Source: a virus
Strand: one strand, 5' to 3'
IMG/VR virus record: IMGVR_UViG_3300005573_000062
Coordinates: 62,099-126,098 of that record
Length of the DNA stretch: 64,000 nt
Program-made: the position numbers and the translations under genes
Shown: piece after piece, positions 48,864 to 58,021 of the stretch
Layout of the letters: every line of letters starts with the position of its first letter
Position numbering within the stretch: the first letter of the stretch is position 1
Notes under the pieces: generated by a model
The model's database searches: none
Seen by the model: the letters and a program-made list of their open reading frames with translations, nothing else
Told to the model about the DNA's origin: nothing

Positions 48864-49480
48864 AACACTCCTCCCATTAAGTATCTATCTATATACCTAT
48901 CTAAATTTTTTCTTATTACTACACTTTCTCCAACTTCAAAATTATTTTCATCTTTAATTACTACTGTTACTTTCTTATTTATAATTACCCTATTTTTATT
49001 AATATATATACAATCATATTTTTCTAACTCGGGTATTTTTCTTGCTTCTTTCTTATGATAATTGGATATAAGAGGGACTAGAAAAGAGTCATTTACATCT
49101 GTATAAATTTTTATCCCACTATTGGATACTTCTACGTTGTTGTCTGTGTAATAAGGAAGAAGCCGTTTTACTAAGACTGATAGAGTGCCAAGGAGTTCAA
49201 TAGTAATATTATTTACAGAGAAAATTATATATGCATCAATTACAAATCCATCTATTACTAATTTTCTGAAAGTAGGGGGTCGCAGTGTATTGTTTTCTAG
49301 TATATAAAACTTATCTTTTGTTATTACCCCAATGACTTCGTCATAAAAAATAATATCGTAAATAGGTTCTTTAGTTAATTGAGAAAGATCGACTTTTTTA
49401 AGGAACTCTTCTTTTATAATATCATAAAGTCTATTTATTGAAGAAACATTACTGTTTTTTACAATTTGTGTGATTTCCAT
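48860..49480 (-). CDS. paralog-array hypothetical protein
   Basis: IYDII..VITKD. Confidence 0.65.
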   Translation of the reverse strand: MEITQIVKNSNVSSINRLYDIIKEEFLKKVDLSQLTKEPIYDIIFYDEVIGVITKDKFYILENNTLRPPTFRKLVIDGFVIDAYIIFSVNNITIELLGTLSVLVKRLLPYYTDNNVEVSNSGIKIYTDVNDSFLVPLISNYHKKEARKIPELEKYDCIYINKNRVIINKKVTVVIKDENNFEVGESVVIRKNLDRYIDRYLMGGVL

Positions 49481-49488
49481 TTTTCCTC

Positions 49489-50145
49489 CTATGAAAGTCC
49501 TAATTTTATAATTGCTTTCTTAAGTCTCTCTTCGAATTTTTCATCTCTGATTACTTTTATAGTTCTGTCTATTAAGAAACTATTAGATCGAACTTTTACT
49601 TCGTGATTTCCGTAATATAACGTATGACTGTATACATAGAATCCGAATTTTTTTATTATATCTTTTTCTTGTTGGGTAAGTCCCAAAAAATCGCCGTGTA
49701 TATCTATTGATAAAGGTTGTAATTCCTTCTTTATTATATAATTGTTTGTGATGTCCAGAAGCAATCCGCTTAATGTATCATAATATATTGGAACTTCAAG
49801 AGCGATAATGTCTTTTAAATCTCCTTTTACTGACAGATATATTTTCTTATCTTCTTTATATATGCCTTCTACTATTAAATTTTTATACAATCGATAGGAC
49901 AGATCAAATATTTCTGTTTCAAAGCCAGTACTATTTTTTTCAAGTATAATTTCTTTGGCTTCGTTGTCTTGTGTAATGATATATAAATATTGTTTGTATA
50001 TAAATGCTTTTTTTATTGTATATCCTTTTAGTTTATCTTTCAATTTAGAAGCATATATTCTAATTAACGCTTTACTTGTGTACGAGTCTTCTGTATTTAT
50101 CAATACACTAGTATTTTTTAAACACTCTTCATATAATTTATTCAT
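49489..50145 (-). CDS. paralog-array hypothetical protein
   Basis: IKKAF..LYIITQD..LYKNLIVEG..LSVKGDLKDI. Confidence 0.7.
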   Translation of the reverse strand: MNKLYEECLKNTSVLINTEDSYTSKALIRIYASKLKDKLKGYTIKKAFIYKQYLYIITQDNEAKEIILEKNSTGFETEIFDLSYRLYKNLIVEGIYKEDKKIYLSVKGDLKDIIALEVPIYYDTLSGLLLDITNNYIIKKELQPLSIDIHGDFLGLTQQEKDIIKKFGFYVYSHTLYYGNHEVKVRSNSFLIDRTIKVIRDEKFEERLKKAIIKLGLS

Positions 50146-50804
50146 ACCACGTCTCCTTTTATTAATTCAGGAATTCTTTTTATGTGTATGGATTTATTTG
50201 GTCCTCCTTTTATTATTTTTGCAGTTTTTCTACTACTATTAATTTTGAATGTATAATTATTTGTCCAGATTTTAGGATGAGCGTATACATATTTTAATCC
50301 TTTTAGATGTTCTGCAATATCTTGATTGTTTTCGTTGTTTACTCCTGTTATTTCTGGCAACAGTATGTCATCTTCTGACGAAATGTCAAATGTAATTTTA
50401 TATGTTATTTCTTTTATTTCTGCTTTTAAATTTAGATTTTTTATGGTTGTCAATACTCTTTCTGGAGTTCCATGTATCCCTATTCTAAATTTATCTCCAA
50501 CTTTATCGACACGCACTATTGCAAGATTTTTAATAACTGGGATATCGTTCGTCCTGTTTATACTTGGAGCAATATTAAAACGATCATTGTAATATAATTT
50601 CCAGACTGCTTTTTTTGTTATGATTATCGTTGTCATGTCGTCTATAATGATGTCAATTATGCCCTCTTTTTTAGGTTGATCTAATTTATCGAGATTTTTT
50701 AAGATCATTTCTTTAAATTTATATTTGCGATAAATTTCAATTGCTTCTGTCTGATTCGAAGTTTGTTTGGATATTTCTTTAAAGATCTCCGTTACTTCGT
50801 CCAT
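50142..50804 (-). CDS. paralog-array hypothetical protein
   Basis: IIDII..IIITK..KNLAIVRV..IGIHG. Confidence 0.65.
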   Translation of the reverse strand: MDEVTEIFKEISKQTSNQTEAIEIYRKYKFKEMILKNLDKLDQPKKEGIIDIIIDDMTTIIITKKAVWKLYYNDRFNIAPSINRTNDIPVIKNLAIVRVDKVGDKFRIGIHGTPERVLTTIKNLNLKAEIKEITYKITFDISSEDDILLPEITGVNNENNQDIAEHLKGLKYVYAHPKIWTNNYTFKINSSRKTAKIIKGGPNKSIHIKRIPELIKGDVV

Positions 50805-51226
50805 GGCTCCTCCTTTTCTAATTCTTTTATTAAATCGAATTCTGTTTGTATTTCTAATTCGTAAAAAGAGTATACCGTAATTTCAAGATGTGGATAAATA
50901 GGATGTCGTTTGAGTCTATTTATTATTCTTAAAACGTTTCCTTCGAACTCGTATACTATTTTTCCATCTTTTTCAACTTTTTCTACTGCGAATCCATTTG
51001 TTATCTTTTTCTTTTCACATATTGGACCATCAGGATATCCGGCATATTTATAGTCCTTCGACAAGAGTATAAAAACGAAATCATTTAAAAGGCGTTCTGG
51101 ATATATATCGTAAATTTTTCCGTGTTCTTTTCTGAATTTTATTATTTTTTCCTTATTATTCAAAAGTAGTTGTTTAAATTTAGCTATTGCTAAATCGTTA
51201 TATATTAGATCAGGATTCCAATACAT
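50792..51226 (-). CDS. paralog-array hypothetical protein (short)
   Basis: IYDIY..ILLSKD..FAVEKV..YEFEG. Confidence 0.6.
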   Translation of the reverse strand: MYWNPDLIYNDLAIAKFKQLLLNNKEKIIKFRKEHGKIYDIYPERLLNDFVFILLSKDYKYAGYPDGPICEKKKITNGFAVEKVEKDGKIVYEFEGNVLRIINRLKRHPIYPHLEITVYSFYELEIQTEFDLIKELEKEEPWTK

Positions 51227-51239
51227 TTTAGCCTCCTCT

Positions 51240-51905
51240 TCATTGAGAGATTAAGAATTTTTTGATTTTATACTCTATATTTTCTTCTTTAGGTTCTTTT
51301 ATCTTATATTCATTTATTGATATGTTTCTATTATCATTTTGCCCTGTGATAAGAATTTCGTCTGTTCCATTGAATGAGCAGTGATATTTACCGTATAAAT
51401 ACATATACAATCCATATCCGTGTATTTTAAGATCAAATTTCTTGAGAATTTTAAATGTCATTTTTATTTTGTGCATTTCAATTTCATATACTCTGTTTAG
51501 TAAAAGATCATTTATTTCCTTTTGAACTTTTTTGTCATCTGTTATATCTATTTTTACCTCATATTCATCTATTTTGTATGGAAGATTTAATGCTTTTATG
51601 TCATCTATTCTTCCATTTACGACTGCAATTGTTCTTTTTTCTTTTAGGACTGTTATTATTCTTAGATCTTTATATAGATAATAATCGACGTATTTATAAT
51701 CATCTTTGGGCTTATCTATTGCTATTTGTATTAAATCATCTTTGCTAGTAATTGCAAACCAATAGTATCTATCTCTAAATATCTTTCTAATTTTGTGCCA
51801 CTCCATAAACAGTCCAAGTTCTTTTAAACTTGTTTGAGAGATACCCATTGCTTCTATTTTTTCGTTATTAATCACTTCTTTCATTAATAGGTTCCATTTA
51901 TTCAT
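51240..51905 (-). CDS. paralog-array hypothetical protein
   Basis: IRKIF..FAITSKD..LYKDLRI..VVNGRIDDI. Confidence 0.7.
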   Translation of the reverse strand: MNKWNLLMKEVINNEKIEAMGISQTSLKELGLFMEWHKIRKIFRDRYYWFAITSKDDLIQIAIDKPKDDYKYVDYYLYKDLRIITVLKEKRTIAVVNGRIDDIKALNLPYKIDEYEVKIDITDDKKVQKEINDLLLNRVYEIEMHKIKMTFKILKKFDLKIHGYGLYMYLYGKYHCSFNGTDEILITGQNDNRNISINEYKIKEPKEENIEYKIKKFLISQ

Positions 51906-51914
51906 TAATTCCTC

Positions 51915-53084
51915 CTATTCCGGAATTTCTACGACTAATCCGAAGGGAGGTTTTATTTCATTCCCTTCGTAGGTAACCCAGATCGTTTTAGGTTTTGGGG
52001 TCCAGTCTGGGTATGTGCCTGCTAGATCTGAAAGATAGATTACAAGATCTGCTTTTAGTTGTTCTGCTCTTTCAAAAGCAGGTATAAAAGAGGTTCCACC
52101 TCCTATTTCTATTGATTTTATTTTATTGACAGAAGAGAGGGGATATTCCCTATATATTTGATCGTGTACTTCTAATACTTTTACTTCTTTTTCCTCTTTG
52201 AGAATTCCTCTTAGTTCTCCTATCAATTTTTCGAGCATTGAGTACATCGACCCTGAGACATCTAAGGCTACTACTACGTTTGTCCCTTTATTTTTTATTC
52301 TACCTGCTAGAAGATCTGTTGTTCTATTTTCTCTACTCCAACTTCTAGATCTTCTGAGAGGTTTGCTATTCTTGATGTACCTTTTCAGGATAGCTCTCCA
52401 GTTGCATTTACTTATCATTTCAAGGATCTTCTTTCCTAGTTCAGGTTGACCTCCTGTTCCATACTTTCTTATACCTTCTTCTAAGCGATCTTTTATTTTA
52501 TCTGCAAGAGTAGGATCTATTTCTTGTATGTCAATCTCAATTTCCTTTCCTTCCTCATCTGTTATCTTTATTCTTTTCTTACTGGTATTTCCTATTGTGA
52601 TTGTTATTGTTTGGAATTTGAAATTGTTATTTCTAAGGAGTTTTATATAGTCTTCCATCGCTAGACCTTTAGGAAATTTTTTGAACATACCATATCCTGG
52701 TGCGATCCCCACTTCATTAGTTAGAAGAAGTGTTAATTGACCTTCTATCATGGTGTTTATCGCGAGGTCTGCTGCAACGTTATCTAGTTCGTGATTTCCG
52801 GTTCCTCTTCCGTTGTGCACCAGGAGATGGTGCATCAACTCATGTGTTAATATACCAGTCATTTCTCTCATGGGCAGATATTTTAGGAAAGTTTCACTGA
52901 TGTATATTGTAGTGTCGTTTATTGCTGCAGTATCTACCTCGTTTCCTATTTTCTCTTTGAAGTCTAGAATCGTTACTGCAAATCCTGGATTGTCTTTGAG
53001 GTAGAATGCTTTTACTGTCTCCCATTTTTTCTGAAGATCTTCTGTTGTTGGGGGACCGAATATTTTTTCTAATATTTCTTTCAT
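51915..53084 (-). CDS. DUF2201-type metallopeptidase (HExxH) + vWA domain protein
   Basis: TAAIN, LTHELMH, NVAADLAIN, DVSGSM MIDAS, GGGTSF, YLSD. Confidence 0.9.
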   Translation of the reverse strand: MKEILEKIFGPPTTEDLQKKWETVKAFYLKDNPGFAVTILDFKEKIGNEVDTAAINDTTIYISETFLKYLPMREMTGILTHELMHHLLVHNGRGTGNHELDNVAADLAINTMIEGQLTLLLTNEVGIAPGYGMFKKFPKGLAMEDYIKLLRNNNFKFQTITITIGNTSKKRIKITDEEGKEIEIDIQEIDPTLADKIKDRLEEGIRKYGTGGQPELGKKILEMISKCNWRAILKRYIKNSKPLRRSRSWSRENRTTDLLAGRIKNKGTNVVVALDVSGSMYSMLEKLIGELRGILKEEKEVKVLEVHDQIYREYPLSSVNKIKSIEIGGGTSFIPAFERAEQLKADLVIYLSDLAGTYPDWTPKPKTIWVTYEGNEIKPPFGLVVEIPE

Positions 53085-53085
53085 T

Positions 53086-54081
53086 TTATCCCTCCTTGTT
53101 TATTTTTTGGAATATAGGGAAAAGTAGATTTGTGAGCTCCTTGTTGTTGAGGATTTTAGATCTTACATCCTCTTTCAATTTCTTTACGAATGCTACTTTC
53201 ATCTCTTCTCTGAGGTCTGGTATTAATCTAAGGGTTAGTCTTATTAGTTCTTTTGTAATCTTTTCATTAAGAGCTAATGCAGCTTGATTGACGACATCTA
53301 ACTGTTTTTCAGGAGACATTTCTTTTATCCTGTATTTCTCGTAGTTTTCAATGAGATCTTTAATTTTGACTCTTTCGAATCTCTCCTTAGCATATCCCTC
53401 GAAGGTGTATGCAACCTCAGTTCCCAAGATCCCTTTGGTGTATTTTCCTTCGAAGTACCCTAGTTCGAGAAGATTCGAGACTCTTTCCCAGCCTCTTGGA
53501 GTAGGAGCTATCTTATCTGCCTTATTATTAGGGCAGAAATTTTCTGGGAACTGAGTTAAGAAAGATATGACTACATCGTTTATTCCAGCTTTGACTGCCC
53601 ATCGTTTCCAATCCTCTAGATCTGGTTCTACCTCTATTGGAACTACTCTATCCCAGAGAGCAGGATCCAGATCACCTACTTTATAAACCCCATTGTCAGG
53701 GTTGATTGCTATAGCGATTCTGACTTTGTCATCTAGTTTAAATCCGTGGATGCTTCTATATAACGGAATCTCCATGAATGCGTTTAAGGTCTCTGATGAG
53801 GCTCTATTTAGTTCGTCGAAGAAGAGTCCGTCAGAATCGAACCAGAAAGGTTTTAGCCATTCTACTTTGTTGATTGTAGTGCTCCTTTGAGGCATACCTC
53901 CTACGTCCTCTGGGAGTACTTGAGCGAGCATTATCTGATTTATCTTTTGACACCCTACCTCCTTTAGGGCGTCTAAGGTGATCGCTGATTTGCCGATGCC
54001 ATGCTTTCCTATTAGCATTGGAACAGTTTTATTCTGCTTGAGGAGGTCAAGCAGGAATTTTTTGGTTTCTTCTATTTTCAC
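53086..54081 (-). CDS. MoxR-like AAA+ ATPase
   Basis: GKHGIGKS, LFFDELNRA, AINP, LDPALWDR, TPRGWE. Confidence 0.92.
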   Translation of the reverse strand: MKIEETKKFLLDLLKQNKTVPMLIGKHGIGKSAITLDALKEVGCQKINQIMLAQVLPEDVGGMPQRSTTINKVEWLKPFWFDSDGLFFDELNRASSETLNAFMEIPLYRSIHGFKLDDKVRIAIAINPDNGVYKVGDLDPALWDRVVPIEVEPDLEDWKRWAVKAGINDVVISFLTQFPENFCPNNKADKIAPTPRGWERVSNLLELGYFEGKYTKGILGTEVAYTFEGYAKERFERVKIKDLIENYEKYRIKEMSPEKQLDVVNQAALALNEKITKELIRLTLRLIPDLREEMKVAFVKKLKEDVRSKILNNKELTNLLFPIFQKINKEG

Positions 54082-54097
54082 TTTACCTCCTTTCCTT

Positions 54098-54123
54098 GCC
54101 TGTTCTCAAAGAATCAGGACTTA
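54098..54123 (-). repeat. bulged-A leader hairpin, copy 1
   Basis: TAAGTCCTG-A-TTCT-TTG-AGAA-CAGGC, then RBS. Confidence 0.8.
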
Positions 54124-54131
54124 CAGAAATT

Positions 54132-54683
54132 TTATTGTGCATTGATTTTGATTACTGCTTTCTTGATTCGTTCCTCTAATATTTTTTCTAGGTTTGGGGT
54201 ATTCAACTTATAGTACTCCTCGTCTCCGTCTTCATCGTACATCTTTAGAGTTACCTCTTCGATGTAATCATATATATACAATGCTGCATTTTCGAATACA
54301 GGTCTATATACCGATGATGGGTTTGTAGCACTGTCATTCCAATCTTCAATTACGAGGGTGTCGAACTTCTCAGAGAGGTACTTTATTATTTCTCTGTGCC
54401 TTTCAACCATTACTTTCTTTAGCATATTCTCTAGCATTGCTTTTTTCAAGGTTGGAACTATTGGATCATCTAATGGAATGTCTGCATACCACTCTGATAT
54501 CCCGCTCATAGTGAATTCATTATTTGCGAAGGCGCCAAAGATCTTATATTGTGGGAATTCTCGTTTGAATTCCTCTAAATCATTTTCAGCACCTTTGAAG
54601 TGGAAGTAATGTTTTTCTTCCATATTGTCAGTAGATACAAAGTCGTACGACACAATGCAATTTTCTATTAATTCTTTATTCAT
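54132..54683 (-). CDS. acidic hypothetical protein, paralog of 54739
   Basis: F.FKG...L.EF; DDP.VP.LKK. Confidence 0.72.
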   Translation of the reverse strand: MNKELIENCIVSYDFVSTDNMEEKHYFHFKGAENDLEEFKREFPQYKIFGAFANNEFTMSGISEWYADIPLDDPIVPTLKKAMLENMLKKVMVERHREIIKYLSEKFDTLVIEDWNDSATNPSSVYRPVFENAALYIYDYIEEVTLKMYDEDGDEEYYKLNTPNLEKILEERIKKAVIKINAQ

Positions 54684-54700
54684 TTATCCTCCATTTCCTT

Positions 54701-54730
54701 GCCTGCTCTTATTGAAAGAGTCAGGACTTA
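54701..54730 (-). repeat. bulged-A leader hairpin, copy 2
   Basis: TAAGTCCTG-A-CTCTT-TCAAT-AAGAG-CAGGC. Confidence 0.8.
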
Positions 54731-54738
54731 TAGGAAAA

Positions 54739-55278
54739 CTACTTTTCTATTATTGCTTTCTTTATAATGTTGACGACTTCTTCAATTGGAGTATCTTCGT
54801 CGATCTCAATGTCGTCTCCGACCATAAAAGTTGGAGCGTCAAAGAGGTCGGGGTCTACAGCGAAGACGAATCCTTCTATGTGAGGATCGATCGCTATTTG
54901 GAACCCTTCTTCTGAATACTCTTTGATTTCCACACGAAAGTTGTTTTTGAGAGCCTTTAGCATTTCAGCTCTCTTTTTATTTTTTTCTTCTAGCTTTTTG
55001 ATGAAGAAGTCGAGAGCCATTTTTTTCAACTCAGGGATTCTAGGATCATCCTTATTCAGCAAGATGAATCCTTCTTCTCCCCCATAGAAAGATATTTCTT
55101 CGTTGTCTTCTACTGAAGCACCATGAGGAAATAATTTCCAGTCATATACCTCATCGAAGAATTTCTTCAAGGCTTTTTGAGAGCCTTGCATTCTGAATAT
55201 TACTTTCCCGTCTTTTTCTTGATCTAGCAGGGCGACGGGATATATCCCTGTTTTCTTTAGCTCGTTTTCTAAGTCCAT
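54739..55278 (-). CDS. acidic hypothetical protein, paralog of 54132
   Basis: FRMQG...LKKFF; DDPRIPELKK. Confidence 0.72.
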   Translation of the reverse strand: MDLENELKKTGIYPVALLDQEKDGKVIFRMQGSQKALKKFFDEVYDWKLFPHGASVEDNEEISFYGGEEGFILLNKDDPRIPELKKMALDFFIKKLEEKNKKRAEMLKALKNNFRVEIKEYSEEGFQIAIDPHIEGFVFAVDPDLFDAPTFMVGDDIEIDEDTPIEEVVNIIKKAIIEK

Positions 55279-55288
55279 TTGGACCTCC

Positions 55289-55681
55289 TTATTTTATTCT
55301 AATTATTCGAGTCCTTATGACCTTGATCCCAGGGATGATGATTCCGTTCTTTATATCCTGGGAGATTTTGCCTCTGTCAGGGGAGCAATACTCTCTAGGA
55401 ACTGCTCTTTCGCTTTCGATGACATATCCTTGGTGACTTACTACTGAATGGTGGACTCCAAGAGGAGGTTCCCCAAAGTCTCCATACATAGAGAGAAGAC
55501 TTGTCTTGAGAACTTCTATTCTATTTTCCACATTCTTTTTCTCTTCTTCGAGTTTATTTAACTCCTCGAAGAAGCCTTTATACTTCTCCTCAAGAAGTTT
55601 CTTTTCGAGCTCCTTTTCTTTTTTAGCGATCGATGCTCTGAAGAGCTGGGCATCTATTTTTCTGATTTCGTTCTCGTTCAC
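55289..55681 (-). CDS. siphovirus Gp157-like protein
   Basis: Coiled coil plus VIES..AVPREY..PDRGKI...IKNG..IPG. Confidence 0.6.
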   Translation of the reverse strand: MNENEIRKIDAQLFRASIAKKEKELEKKLLEEKYKGFFEELNKLEEEKKNVENRIEVLKTSLLSMYGDFGEPPLGVHHSVVSHQGYVIESERAVPREYCSPDRGKISQDIKNGIIIPGIKVIRTRIIRIK

Positions 55682-55700
55682 TTTTTTCCTCCATCTCCTT

Positions 55701-55726
55701 GCCTGCTCTCAAAGAGTCAGGTCTTA
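55701..55726 (-). repeat. bulged-A leader hairpin, copy 3
   Basis: TAAGACCTG-A-CTCT-TTG-AGAG-CAGGC. Confidence 0.8.
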
Positions 55727-55730
55727 CAGG

Positions 55731-55882
55731 ATTCCGCTCTAATAGACCGGCCCTCTTTAAACTCTAGAGGACCGGTCCAAGAACGGAGGTCTAGATTTGA
55801 ATGAGGACTCCCTCAAAGAATCTTCACTTAAATCCAGACTTGGAGGGGAGACTTACTCACTCCCCTCCTTCTGGAAATCAGG
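55731..55882 (-). ncRNA. candidate multi-stem structured RNA or RNase III-type processing element
   Basis: Three long stems; most mismatches become G-U pairs only on the minus strand. Confidence 0.55.
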
Positions 55883-56197
55883 CTATTTTACTTCAAAAGT
55901 CCACTTTTTAACATCCACAAGAGGACGCTGCTCAGGCAATGCATAGAGCGCTGGGGCTCTATGTGAGTCCTTTGTCTTGAATTTTATAATCTCTCCGCTC
56001 TGTCTCAAAGCCTCTAGGAGACCCCAACCCTCTGAAGGACTGATTCCCAATCTTGCCTCAACAAGAACCATCTGAGGTCCAGTGAGGGGCTTACCCTCTT
56101 TCTTTACTTCCTCTAGGAGAGCTAACGCTCTCTCTAACTGCTCTTCCGCTCTCTTTTCTTTTGCGACCTCTTCTGCAGTCTTTTCTTTTATTTCCAT
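55883..56197 (-). CDS. hypothetical (possible winged-helix) protein, first gene of the minus block
   Basis: GGAGG RBS; LGIS..E...LL..L...GEI. Confidence 0.65.
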   Translation of the reverse strand: MEIKEKTAEEVAKEKRAEEQLERALALLEEVKKEGKPLTGPQMVLVEARLGISPSEGWGLLEALRQSGEIIKFKTKDSHRAPALYALPEQRPLVDVKKWTFEVK

Positions 56198-56218
56198 ACT
56201 ACCTCCGTTCTACCTCCG

Positions 56219-56254
56219 GCCTGCCGCTCTAGGAAGGACAACGGTCAGGACTTA
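56219..56254 (-). repeat. bulged-A leader hairpin, copy 4
   Basis: TAAGTCCTG-A-CCG-loop-CGG-CAGGC. Confidence 0.7.
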
Positions 56255-56260
56255 GGGAGG

Positions 56261-56493
56261 AAAATTTAAATTTATTTATTTTTTTAATTTTTTTTAAATT
56301 TTAAATTTTTTAATTTATTTTTTTAAATATATTTTTAATTTTTTTTTAATTTTTTTAAATTTTAAATATATATTAAAAATTTAATATATATTTAATTTAT
56401 ATATATATATTATATATAAATTTATAAAATAAAATTTTTTAATTTTAAAAATAAATAATTTTAATATAAAAAATTTTTTATTATTAAAAAAAT
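56261..56493. other. A/T-only tract with inverted repeats (candidate origin or genome end)
   Basis: About 230 bp without G/C; 16-bp inverted repeat 56362-56395; lies at the divergence point of transcription. Confidence 0.6.
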
Positions 56494-56952
56494 GAACAAA
56501 CCCCCCTCTCTCCCGGAAATCCCCCACCACTTTTTAGATTCCCGGTCCAGATTTACGGGGGTATCCTTTTTTTTTTATTCGTGGTTTTAAAGTGTTTTAG
56601 ATTGGGCCGATTGTTTTTAATATTTTGATTCTCCTGGCCAAAGTTAAGTAGAATGTTTTTAGATTGCGGGAGCATTCCTTTTTAGATTCGTTGTTTTAAG
56701 TGTTTTCGGTTTTATTTTCAGATTGGTTCTGGTTTTTTATTTATTTTGGTTCCCCCCCCCCGGGAAAAAAAGTTAGAGATTTTAGAATATGTGTTAGGGT
56801 GTGTCCGGTGTTGTAAAAGATATAAGGATGATAATTTATATAAAAAGTGATAGAAAGTTAATCCGGGTGAACCCAGATTAACCTGGGGTATGTATTTGGT
56901 GTTGTTTGGCTGGAGGAGTTGAAGAAATATTTTTGTTAGTTTAAAAAAGGGG

Positions 56953-56981
56953 TTGAACGAATTTTGAAAGAGATATATAAT
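56953..56981 (+). promoter_or_regulatory. sigma70-type promoter upstream of tnpB
   Basis: TTGAAC-17-TATAAT. Confidence 0.75.
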
Positions 56982-57010
56982 GTAGATATGAATACGTATA
57001 GGAACAGAAA

Positions 57011-58009
57011 ATGATATTAACATATAAAATAAAACATAATCGTGATTTTAAAGAAGAGTTGAAGAAAGCAAAAGAAGTAGCTATTTTTGCTATAAATAAT
57101 AGAGATAAATTGTCTAGTAAATATGTTAAGTATATTGGATTAAATTCAGTTATATCGTGTCAGATATTAAGAAAATACGGTAGAAATAGAAAAGCAAAAT
57201 TTATTAAATCTGTAAAATTAACTATTCCAAGTCAAGGAATAAAAATAAATAAAGAAGAAAAAACTTTATATATACCAAGTTTAAAATTAAAGAATATTAA
57301 ATATTACTTTCCAAACAATTTTCAAAAAGTAAATCAAATAGAAGCAGATAATAAACATTTATATGTATCAGTTCAGTATCAGGAACCCCCAATTATTCAA
57401 ACAAGTGATTTTTTAGGAGTTGACCTAAATACTACTGGACACTGTGCTGTAGTATCTATTCCTAAAACAGGGGAAGTATATAAATTTGGAAAGAAAGCAT
57501 TGTACATACACAATAAATATAAAGAGATAAGAAGAGATCTTCAAAAGAAAAAGAAGTACAAGTTGTTAAAGAAAATTAAAAATAGAGAGTATCATATCAT
57601 AAAAGATTTAAATCATAAAATTAGTAAAAAAATAATAGATATAGCAGTTAAAAATAAATGTCATGTTAATATGGAAAATTTGAAAGGAATAAGAAAAGCT
57701 AGGTCGAATAGGTCATTCCGATATTCCTTAAACTCTTGGTCTTTCTATCAGATATTACAAATGATAAGCTATAAGGCCAAAAAGAATGGAATACTTGTAA
57801 CTTTAATTGATCCTAGATATACAAGTCAAAGATGTAGTAGATGTGGATCTTTAGGTGAAAGGAATGACAAATTTTTTAAGTGTCCAGAATGCGGGCACGT
57901 TGATCATGCTGATGTTAATGCTGCATTTAATATAGCACTAGCATCATATAGCATAGATCGATCAACTATAGACAGAGATATAGTTGAAGGGCATAATGAT
58001 ACCCCTTAA
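57011..58009 (+). CDS. tnpB: TnpB RNA-guided nuclease (IS200/IS605 family), no TnpA
   Basis: RuvC GVDLN, MENL, HADVNAAFNI; YTSQRCSRCG..CPECG; DLNHKISK. Confidence 0.93.
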   Translation: MILTYKIKHNRDFKEELKKAKEVAIFAINNRDKLSSKYVKYIGLNSVISCQILRKYGRNRKAKFIKSVKLTIPSQGIKINKEEKTLYIPSLKLKNIKYYFPNNFQKVNQIEADNKHLYVSVQYQEPPIIQTSDFLGVDLNTTGHCAVVSIPKTGEVYKFGKKALYIHNKYKEIRRDLQKKKKYKLLKKIKNREYHIIKDLNHKISKKIIDIAVKNKCHVNMENLKGIRKARSNRSFRYSLNSWSFYQILQMISYKAKKNGILVTLIDPRYTSQRCSRCGSLGERNDKFFKCPECGHVDHADVNAAFNIALASYSIDRSTIDRDIVEGHNDTP

Positions 58010-58021
58010 AGAGGCTACTCT

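Noticed and set aside
54098-56254. Hammerhead ribozymes or integron attC sites
   Set aside because: CUGA is not followed by NGA and there is no properly placed GAAA core; no RYYYAAC/GTTRRRY ends and no integrase in the window
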